Source: a virus
Lineage: Duplodnaviria; Caudoviricetes
Length of the DNA stretch: 28,182 bases
Direction: 5' to 3' (one strand)
IMG/VR virus record: IMGVR_UViG_3300011335_000398
Location: 1 to 28,182 of that record
Positions 1-6,147 of the stretch are shown in pieces. Both the position numbers and the translations under genes were made by a program. Below the pieces are notes generated by a model, which had not been told where the DNA came from, did no database searches, and worked only from the letters and a program-made list of their open reading frames with translations. Position 1 is the first letter of the stretch, and every line of letters begins with the position of its first letter.

Positions 1-44
1 AGTTCAGAGTTCGATACGACTCGCAGGAATGTCAGTCCGGCCAT
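1..44 (-). CDS. N-terminus of probable portal protein (runs off left edge)
   Basis: ATG at 44 directly abuts the TAA (45-47) of the upstream ORF; reads MAGLTFLRVVSNSE, open to the edge. Portal call rests on position after terL and recollection of similar N-termini. Confidence 0.5.
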   Translation of the reverse strand, partial: MAGLTFLRVVSNSE

Positions 45-737
45 TTACTTCTTTCTCACGGGTACTGGCAACGCCAATTGTTTGGCGCGTTCTGAGAGTT
101 GCCGTGGTACTTCCTTGATAATTTCCAGTTCTCTTTCGCGGAAAGTCGGCTCTACGCGCTCCAGCCGCTTAACTACGGTTTTAGCGCCGCCGCCGCGATT
201 GGCTAGATTTTGAGCCAATTTGGCAATGGTTTTGATACCAACGCCAGCCGCTCCACCCACCATGTTTTCGAGGGGGTAAGAACCTTCTAGCGCCTGCGAC
301 TTTTCCATCGCGGCTCTTTTGGCTTTCCCCTCTGGAGTTTGTTCGGCTTCTTGCGCTCTCTGGTACTGCTGTTCTTTGCCGTAGGCGTTGGAAGTGTCAG
401 CGGCGGGAGCGCCCCTACGTGTAAGCCCTTGCTGCTTGTTCATGTAGTCCCGCAAAGACAAACCGGATTTTTCCAATTCTTCCTTGGTGACTATCGGGGG
501 TTTACCCCTTGGTGTCTGTCGGTCAGTTAAAGTCATACCGTAAGCAGGCGCTGCTACCGGTTTTGCACCCGATTCGGAACTGGCAACAGATTGCCGTGCG
601 CGTTCTCGAACGTCTTCGTCGATATTGGGGTTAGACCCCTCCACTATTCCGCCCTTTTCGTAAGACCTGACGGCTGGGCCACCCATCTTCGGGTTGGTGG
701 ATGTCATCGTAAACGGCTTCGACTGGCTGCATTTCAT
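45..737 (-). CDS. Hypothetical protein (230 aa, hydrophilic, low complexity) between terL and portal
   Basis: SD AAGGAG 5 nt before ATG; stop abuts next start. Confidence 0.8.
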   Translation of the reverse strand: MKCSQSKPFTMTSTNPKMGGPAVRSYEKGGIVEGSNPNIDEDVRERARQSVASSESGAKPVAAPAYGMTLTDRQTPRGKPPIVTKEELEKSGLSLRDYMNKQQGLTRRGAPAADTSNAYGKEQQYQRAQEAEQTPEGKAKRAAMEKSQALEGSYPLENMVGGAAGVGIKTIAKLAQNLANRGGGAKTVVKRLERVEPTFRERELEIIKEVPRQLSERAKQLALPVPVRKK

Positions 738-791
738 GGTCGCTCCTTACCTGTTCAACAGGGTTCTACCAACAAGTATACATGCTATCGA

Positions 792-834
792 GAAAAAAGA
801 AACCCCCGGTGTCAAGGACGCACACACAGGGGTT
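792..834 (-). terminator. Probable intrinsic terminator after terL
   Basis: Minus strand AACCCCTGTGT...ACACCGGGGGTT stem followed by TCTTTTTT. Confidence 0.6.
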
Positions 835-889
835 AACCCCGATGGTCGGGGGAGGAGGTGACAACTGCGCGAGCAGTGGTGTAAGCATA

Positions 890-2278
890 TCACGTCCAGC
901 CCAGAGCGGAAGTTCTTTTAACATCCCGGCGCTGCTGGAGCGCGTACCCCTCACCGGCGTGGGCAATATGCAACATCAGGTACTGGAGCGCCTCGGCCAC
1001 GTGCGAGTGCTTGTTCTTGTCGATGTCGCCGTCGCCCTTGGGCTTGTACCGGTAGCCGCCCATCATGGCCGCTTTGAGTTGCGTGCAGCGGGGATCAACG
1101 AGGAACGCCGGGTCGCCGTCCACCTGCCGCATAAGGTACTCGTCCACGGCGTTGATGCGTGCCGACACGTTGTTGGTTCTGGCCGGGATGACTTTCATCC
1201 CCTCGGCCTTGATGATGTCCACCACGCTGCGCTCGTCGGTCTGCGCCCGCTGCACACCCGCTGGGTCAACGACGACCAGCACCGGGGAGCCGGGGTACCG
1301 CTCGTACAGTAACGGTTTGAGCATGGTGCGGATGAACCGCTGGATGCCCATGTCAAACGAGACAGCCTCGTCAAGTATCAGCGCCCGCCCTCGGGGGTCT
1401 TGCTGACCGAGCACCGCTGCTGGGGTTAACCCTAAGTCCATGCCAATGACGATGGGCCGCACCCCGTTCACGATGGCCCTCAGCCGCTCCTTCGCCATGT
1501 GGTAGTCAGGCCGGAAGTACTTGTACACCGGCATACCGGCTGAACTGAGGCCGTACTCGCCGTCGATGTAAACCCGGATGTACTCCTCGCTGCGGCCTTG
1601 GGTGTCGTAGTACCCATCCGGCAGATTCTCAATGTTCTCAGCGTAGGGACTGCGCCCCGAGGGTTGCCGGAACACGTCCCACCCGTTGTCGTTGGGGGAG
1701 ACGCCATCCCTCACGTCCAGCCCCTCCATCTGGTAGTACCACCAGCCGTCCATCGTCGGCGGGTTGGTGTCGCCCCACATACCGTGCCACGTCGGCCCGC
1801 CGTCCTTGGCCGACGGGAACCGCCCAATACGTTTGGACATGGCGTCCATGATGTCGGGGTGAATGTCCCGGCACTCGTTGAACCATGCGAAGGACAACTC
1901 CAGCGAGTTCAAGTTGGCAACGTCGTCAGCGTCGTCCAGCGCCCGGAACATGATCTCGCACTCCACGTCGCCCACCTTGAAGAAGTAGGTCTTGGTGGTG
2001 CGCATGTACTGCCCGCACACACCCGGTGGGAACCAGTCGAGGAACGTCTTGATCGTCGTGTCCTGTAACTGGCGGGCGGTTTCCCGCACGATGGCCGCTC
2101 GGGTCTTCCTGATACCCTGCGCGTTGGGTTCCTGTATGGACGCCCTGCGCACGATCTCGAAGGAGCAGGTGACGGACTTGCCCGAACCCACTGGCCCCAT
2201 GAGGACGCGCATCTTGGCGTCCGAGGCCATGAACTTCTTGCCCGTGGGCGGCGGCGTGTAGTTGATGTCAAGCGCCAT
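890..2278 (-). CDS. terL: Terminase large subunit
   Basis: Walker A MGPVGSGKS, Walker B-like FAWFNE, coupling motif DTNP, RNase H-like nuclease IGMDLG / VVVDPAG / HSHVAEALQY. Confidence 0.95.
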   Translation of the reverse strand: MALDINYTPPPTGKKFMASDAKMRVLMGPVGSGKSVTCSFEIVRRASIQEPNAQGIRKTRAAIVRETARQLQDTTIKTFLDWFPPGVCGQYMRTTKTYFFKVGDVECEIMFRALDDADDVANLNSLELSFAWFNECRDIHPDIMDAMSKRIGRFPSAKDGGPTWHGMWGDTNPPTMDGWWYYQMEGLDVRDGVSPNDNGWDVFRQPSGRSPYAENIENLPDGYYDTQGRSEEYIRVYIDGEYGLSSAGMPVYKYFRPDYHMAKERLRAIVNGVRPIVIGMDLGLTPAAVLGQQDPRGRALILDEAVSFDMGIQRFIRTMLKPLLYERYPGSPVLVVVDPAGVQRAQTDERSVVDIIKAEGMKVIPARTNNVSARINAVDEYLMRQVDGDPAFLVDPRCTQLKAAMMGGYRYKPKGDGDIDKNKHSHVAEALQYLMLHIAHAGEGYALQQRRDVKRTSALGWT

Positions 2279-2487
2279 CAGTGTTCCCTCAACTCACCGG
2301 ACTCGTACTTCTCGCGCTGGTCGAGCGAGTGGTGAAGAATGACAAACGGTTCTTCCATATCCGGCGTCGGGAGACACCAGCAGTCGATCCGGGTCGTGTG
2401 CTCCCGCAGATCGTTTAACGGCACCACATGGATCAGATTGCAGGTGCAGTTGCGCCCTTGGTTGCAGTCCCCGGTGCATGAACTCAT
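2278..2487 (-). CDS. Small Cys/His-rich phage protein (69 aa)
   Basis: Overlap-coupled on both sides; SD AAGGAG; motifs CTGDCNQGRNCTC and HVVPLNDLREH..CWCxP..HHSLD. Confidence 0.75.
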   Translation of the reverse strand: MSSCTGDCNQGRNCTCNLIHVVPLNDLREHTTRIDCWCLPTPDMEEPFVILHHSLDQREKYESGELREH

Positions 2488-2687
2488 GCTGGCTCTCCTT
2501 GTACCAACGAAATCACGAACTCGCGCCCGTGCTTCTTGCTGCGTGTGATCTTGGTCTGGAACGACAGGCTGGCGCGGCCCAGCGCGTTCTCTACGGCCAC
2601 TGCCTCGGTGGCGGTGCGCAGTTTCACGGCGCGAAAGCCGTTGAAGTTTTGGGTGAACAGGTCTTCAATTCTCGATGGCAGTTGCAT
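2484..2687 (-). CDS. Hypothetical protein (67 aa, start re-called at MQLPS)
   Basis: Fills the gap between terS and the Cys-rich ORF, overlapping both; start uncertain. Confidence 0.65.
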   Translation of the reverse strand: MQLPSRIEDLFTQNFNGFRAVKLRTATEAVAVENALGRASLSFQTKITRSKKHGREFVISLVQGEPA

Positions 2688-3144
2688 CTTGTACGTCCAC
2701 AGTGGTTGCTTCAATGGTACGGGCATCGCGGGGGTCGTTGCCAAGGTTGATGGTGATCTTCACACCACCAGTGCCGTTGTCCTGCGGGCCAGCGTCCTTT
2801 GGCTCCAACCCGGCCCACTTCACCGTGGACTTGATCAGGTCGGCCTTGACTGCGGGGGACACGGACGAATCATGGATCAATAACCACGAGGTCGTCAGCA
2901 ACTCCTCGGCTTGGGCGCGGGCTTTGAGTTTGAACGTCAGCCCCTTCTCCCGAACCTCGGTGCGGTAGCCCTCCACCTTCTTGAGAAAGATGGGGTCGGC
3001 GTTGAACGTGAGGATGTCGTTGGCCGAGATACGGTGCCGTGTGATGACCTCCTGCAAGGTATCACCGCTGCCCTCAAGGGTCAGGGCTACATCGAAGGCC
3101 AGACGGTCGTTCCACTTGGTGTGATTGAGAGGTAGGTTGTCCAT
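2665..3144 (-). CDS. terS: Probable terminase small subunit
   Basis: First gene of the operon leading to terL; 159 aa, helical core, C-terminal GGVKITINLG beta strand typical of TerS. Positional inference. Confidence 0.6.
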   Translation of the reverse strand: MDNLPLNHTKWNDRLAFDVALTLEGSGDTLQEVITRHRISANDILTFNADPIFLKKVEGYRTEVREKGLTFKLKARAQAEELLTTSWLLIHDSSVSPAVKADLIKSTVKWAGLEPKDAGPQDNGTGGVKITINLGNDPRDARTIEATTVDVQDATAIEN

Positions 3145-3150
3145 GAGCGC

Positions 3151-3181
3151 AATATAGCACGGGAGGTTACGGGGCTGTCAA
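3151..3181 (-). promoter_or_regulatory. Putative promoter of the packaging operon (leaderless start)
   Basis: TTGACA-N19-TATATT with extended -10 TGc; ATG lies 6 nt after the -10 with no SD. Confidence 0.55.
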
Positions 3182-3287
3182 GGGATGAGGTAACTTTACA
3201 CGTTCTATTTTTTGGGTCTTGGTTTAAGAGGTTGCCTACAACTACCGGGGGCCTCGCTTTTCTCAAGCCATGTACCCCCCTCCCCCT

Positions 3288-3358
3288 TGCGTCACACACG
3301 CGCATCACGTGCGCACGCGCATTATGTGCGCACATGCGCATCACGCGCATTATGCGCG
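3288..3358. repeat. Alternating purine-pyrimidine tract with short repeats
   Basis: GCGCATCACG x2 and CGCGCATTATG x2 within a CA/CG/TG run; preceded by C-tracts at 3275-3286. Confidence 0.8.
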
Positions 3359-3365
3359 AGGCAAC

Positions 3366-3394
3366 TTGACACTTTCGGCAAGATCGGCGAGTCT
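3366..3394 (+). promoter_or_regulatory. Putative early promoter P1
   Basis: TTGACA-N17-GAGTCT; same architecture recurs at 4637-4665 before the paralogous gene. Confidence 0.6.
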
Positions 3395-3405
3395 GAATTT
3401 GTCGA

Positions 3406-3445
3406 TGCAGTGATCGTACTGCAAAGATTCAAAGCTCTTTAACAA
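3406..3445 (+). promoter_or_regulatory. Hairpin plus boxA antitermination-like site
   Basis: Stem TGCAGT-N6-ACTGCA (3406-3423) then GCTCTTTAACAA (3434-3445), matching rrn boxA TGCTCTTTAACA. Confidence 0.65.
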
Positions 3446-3529
3446 TACATAGCTATTCCCTTGCATGATGGCCTTCGTTTGAAGGGTTCATTTCGATCCC
3501 GGATGAGGGTTATCACTGAGGAGATAGTT

Positions 3530-3829
3530 ATGTCTGCAAAGACTTTTGAGGGTTCGGTGTCCATCGTCAAGAACACCAAGGGCGAAATCGCTCTGAAGAA
3601 AGACGCTGAGGGTAAGTTTACGGTTGACAATGCTGGTGAATGCCATGCAAAGATGACCGAGCTTTCCAAGAAGCTCAAGGCTCCGATCAACAAGTACTCC
3701 TTGTTTATCGCTGACGGTGGCACCGAAGCAGTGATGTTGGCAAACCGGTTCGGCAACCCCTACATCGCCCTGCTCCCCAAGCGTGGCGATGGTGCTGCAA
3801 AGCGCAACGCTGTGACCAAGTTGGCCTAA
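3530..3829 (+). CDS. Hypothetical early protein A (99 aa), paralog of 4723-5019
   Basis: SD GAGGAG before ATG 3530; followed by a terminator; 35/97 identities to the paralog in an ungapped manual alignment. Confidence 0.9.
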   Translation: MSAKTFEGSVSIVKNTKGEIALKKDAEGKFTVDNAGECHAKMTELSKKLKAPINKYSLFIADGGTEAVMLANRFGNPYIALLPKRGDGAAKRNAVTKLA

Positions 3830-3836
3830 GTTGAAT

Positions 3837-3867
3837 CCCGGAGCGTGACAGGCTCCGGGTTCTTTTT
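3837..3867 (+). terminator. Intrinsic terminator
   Basis: CCCGGAGC-GTGACAG-GCTCCGGG followed by TTCTTTTT. Confidence 0.85.
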
Positions 3868-3883
3868 CACACTGGAGAACGTA

Positions 3884-3970
3884 ATGTCTGACGACGCAAA
3901 AGCAATCATCGGCGCGATCATCTTCGCACCCATCTTCTACTTCCTTCTGGTCGTAGTGATGTCCTTCTAA
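3884..3970 (+). CDS. 28-aa single-pass membrane peptide MSDDAKAIIGAIIFAPIFYFLLVVVMSF (below ORF-track cutoff)
   Basis: SD GGAG before ATG; exactly fills the space between two terminators; long uncharged hydrophobic run. Confidence 0.75.
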   Translation: MSDDAKAIIGAIIFAPIFYFLLVVVMSF

Positions 3971-3974
3971 CCAC

Positions 3975-4002
3975 AGCCCGCTTCGGCGGGCTTTTTTCTT
4001 TT
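3975..4002 (+). terminator. Intrinsic terminator with cUUCGg tetraloop
   Basis: AGCCCGC-TTCG-GCGGGCT followed by TTTTTCTTTT. Confidence 0.9.
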
Positions 4003-4128
4003 CATCTATGGATTAGGCAGAGAAGCGGGGGAACTCCCTTTCTTCTGTGTGTTACACACACCATACGTCGGGGGTTTATAGCTCACAACGCTGCGGTACT
4101 GAACGACTTTACACAGGGGGGACACAGT

Positions 4129-4157
4129 AGTATACAACATTACACGTAAAGTGTCAA
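4129..4157 (-). promoter_or_regulatory. Near-consensus sigma70-type promoter, leftward
   Basis: TTGACA-ctttacgtgtaatgttg(17 nt)-TATACT on the minus strand. Confidence 0.7.
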
Positions 4158-4286
4158 GTAAGGGGCTAACCTGACACAATCTAACTATACATGCAACAAT
4201 CTATTTTTAACTCGGCACGAAATCAGTACTTTACATCGAGAAACTTTACATGTGTAAAGTGTCAAGTTAGAAGAAATGTCCAATGA

Positions 4287-4299
4287 AATCAACCACTTA
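4287..4299 (+). promoter_or_regulatory. IHF consensus site
   Basis: AATCAA-CCAC-TTA fits WATCAANNNNTTR. Confidence 0.6.
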
Positions 4300-4482
4300 C
4301 GTGATTTTTACCATGAGCCATGAGTCTATGAACGATATATATGATATAGAAAAGATAGGTTTTTAGTGTATACTACATAAACCCTGAGATGACTCCACAC
4401 TTTTCATAATGTGGCATGAAGTCTTCCAACTTTTTAGTGCGACATTACTTCCAAAAACGTAGATTGTTTAGATCGTCACTCG

Positions 4483-4495
4483 TAACCCGTTGATT
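4483..4495 (-). promoter_or_regulatory. IHF consensus site (inverted partner)
   Basis: Minus strand AATCAA-CGGG-TTA fits WATCAANNNNTTR. Confidence 0.6.
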
Positions 4496-4636
4496 TCATT
4501 GGATTTTTGCGATCTACGAGCAATCTAACTTGACACTTATTTATAGATTGTTTACATCAATTCGTAGATTGTTCACGCGCCAAGCCCCCTTTAAGCCGCT
4601 TTACACAACCCATGTTCTTGGACAACGAGCCGCCAC

Positions 4637-4665
4637 TTGACGTTCGTCCCGGCCCCGGCGAGACT
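4637..4665 (+). promoter_or_regulatory. Putative early promoter P2
   Basis: TTGACG-N17-GAGACT; shares ACTTGAC...CGGCGAGWCTG with P1. Confidence 0.6.
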
Positions 4666-4722
4666 GGCTGGGCCTCGTTGCTGGGCTTTGTACAGCTTCT
4701 AAACAACCTCTAAGGAGCCATC

Positions 4723-5019
4723 ATGGCGAAGATTTATCAAGGTCAAGTATCAGTGTTCAGCAATGCCAACAAGCAGTTGGTGGTCAAGCCCGATGTTGAG
4801 GGCAAGTTCAGCCATGAGAATGTCGCTGAACTTTACAAGACTATGTTGACACTCGGCAAGAAACACAAGATGGAAGTCAGGGTGTTCAAGCCTGAGAATG
4901 AAGCCAACTGTGACACACCACTGCTGATGGCAGACCGTTGGGGCAAGCCTTACATCGCTCTGTTGCCAGAACGCAAGGCCCCCGGTGCTGTCAAGGTCAC
5001 TGTTCAAAAGCTCGCTTGA
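4723..5019 (+). CDS. Hypothetical early protein B (98 aa), paralog of 3530-3829
   Basis: SD TAAGGAG; shared motifs DxEGKF, AxRxGxPYIALLPxR, VxKLA. Confidence 0.9.
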   Translation: MAKIYQGQVSVFSNANKQLVVKPDVEGKFSHENVAELYKTMLTLGKKHKMEVRVFKPENEANCDTPLLMADRWGKPYIALLPERKAPGAVKVTVQKLA

Positions 5020-5032
5020 GAGGAACCACATC

Positions 5033-5224
5033 ATGCCTACTACTCAAGTCCTTCCTTCCAAAGCCCCTCGTAAAGCACGTAAACAGGAGTCCCTCCGCTT
5101 TGTGGTCAAGTGGATCGTTGCTGACACCATGTATTTCCAGTGGTTCAAACGTGACAGTGCAGCTTGTGCCTTCCTCAACCGTCTGACAGCCGACGGTATC
5201 GAGGCCCGTATCCTGATGAAATGA
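5033..5224 (+). CDS. Hypothetical protein (63 aa)
   Basis: SD GAGG before ATG 5033; operon packing. Confidence 0.75.
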   Translation: MPTTQVLPSKAPRKARKQESLRFVVKWIVADTMYFQWFKRDSAACAFLNRLTADGIEARILMK

Positions 5225-5231
5225 GAACACC

Positions 5232-5417
5232 ATGACACAACAAGTCTCTTTTGTTTTGACTGAGTTGACCCATGTCTGCCCTTTCCCGGTTCAGAATCGG
5301 GAGTTCTTCAGGGTGCAGATCAAGTCCGACGATGGCCGCTCTACCAAGTGGATCAATATCACCCCTGACCAGTTCAAACAGATCGAGCAGGTTCTGCTGG
5401 GTATCCCAGTAACCTGA
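5232..5417 (+). CDS. Hypothetical protein (61 aa)
   Basis: Starts 7 nt after the previous stop; fits the operon. Confidence 0.7.
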   Translation: MTQQVSFVLTELTHVCPFPVQNREFFRVQIKSDDGRSTKWINITPDQFKQIEQVLLGIPVT

Positions 5418-5464
5418 CATGCCAACTTACAGCCCTGTGACAGAGGGCTGTGGGGTGCAATGTC
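5416..5464 (+). other. Intergenic stem-loop without U tract
   Basis: ACAGCCCT-GTGACAG-AGGGCTGT core (5429-5451), extendable by G-U pairs and GACAT/ATGTC. Confidence 0.6.
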
Positions 5465-5486
5465 GCACTGTATCGGAGCAAATGCT

Positions 5487-5858
5487 ATGAAGATCGCCAA
5501 CAAAAACGCTAGAGAGTTCGTTGTAAAGCAGCACCCCTTCGAGGGTTCCAACCTGTTCGGCCAGTTCTTCTGTGTCGATCCCAAAGACCCTGATCCCGGT
5601 CAGAGTGGCTACGTGGTTTACAGCTACGGCCCTCACCATCCGCTGCTGGTGTCAGTGACCATCGACGGTCGAGACGAGTGGTTTGCCAACGAGGACGGTT
5701 ACAGCCAGTCCACCAAGCGGCACATGTCCCAGAGCCGTCCCGACATTTACACCGATATCGAACTGCACTGGCTGTCCACTGCTTGGATGAAGCGGCTGGT
5801 GCAGGGGGGATACCGTGAACTGGTCAAGGCCCGTGTCGTGGAAGGAGTTGCAGCATGA
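5487..5858 (+). CDS. Conserved phage early hypothetical protein (123 aa)
   Basis: SD GGAG; motifs PFEGSNLFG, YVVYSYG, YSQSTKRH recalled from phage early proteins. Confidence 0.8.
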   Translation: MKIANKNAREFVVKQHPFEGSNLFGQFFCVDPKDPDPGQSGYVVYSYGPHHPLLVSVTIDGRDEWFANEDGYSQSTKRHMSQSRPDIYTDIELHWLSTAWMKRLVQGGYRELVKARVVEGVAA

Positions 5859-6031
5859 ACGGTTACATCGCCTTCTACCGTGGCAAACAGGTCGAGGTCT
5901 ACGCTGTGTCAAGTTACGAGGCACAGCAGAAGGCCGCTGCCATGTTCAAAGCCCGCAAGTCCTACGAGGTCACAGTGATGCTGGCTGAGAAGGATGGGCA
6001 GCAGGTTGTCCATTCAACTGGGGGACTGTGA
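5855..6031 (+). CDS. Hypothetical protein (58 aa, MNGYIAFYRGKQVEVYAVSSYEAQQKA...)
   Basis: ATGA overlap, SD AAGGAG; translated by hand; not in the ORF track. Confidence 0.8.
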   Translation: MNGYIAFYRGKQVEVYAVSSYEAQQKAAAMFKARKSYEVTVMLAEKDGQQVVHSTGGL

Positions 6032-6147
6032 TGAACGTGTACTTCGCTGGACGGCTGATCGTCGTCGAAACAAACGTGGCATGGGCTTTGCCGTACTGGA
6101 CAGCCCACAAACAGCAGAACAACTGCATTACATGGAGGTTTACATGA
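6031..6147 (+). CDS. Hypothetical peptide (38 aa, MNVYFAGRLIVVETNVAWALPYW...)
   Basis: TGATG overlap at start and ATGA overlap at end. Confidence 0.6.
   Translation: MNVYFAGRLIVVETNVAWALPYWTAHKQQNNCITWRFT

Larger units (their letters stand above)
4146..4573. other. AT-rich, repeat-rich, symmetric non-coding element (candidate replication origin)
   Basis: 15-bp inverted repeat 4279-4293/4489-4503; 14-bp inverted repeat 4257-4270/4525-4538; 14-bp direct repeat 4146-4159/4254-4267; ACAATCTA/TAGATTGT at 4176, 4196, 4460, 4544, 4565. Confidence 0.6.

Noticed and set aside
3087-3442. ORFs 3087-3350 (-) and 3212-3442 (+)
   Set aside because: Translations of the purine-pyrimidine tract (R/A/H/M/C repeats), without convincing SD.
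3451-3520. Possible hammerhead ribozyme in the leader (CGGATGAG, TTTCG)
   Set aside because: Core CUGAUGA and GAAA elements are not present on one strand in the right order.
4002-4064. 20-codon minus ORF MVCVTHRRKGVPPLLCLIHR behind the antisense promoter
   Set aside because: No SD, not at the predicted start site, and overlaps hairpins.
4100-4610. Repeats as a mini CRISPR array or attP
   Set aside because: Repeats are 8-15 bp, in mixed orientation and irregularly spaced; no integrase in the window.
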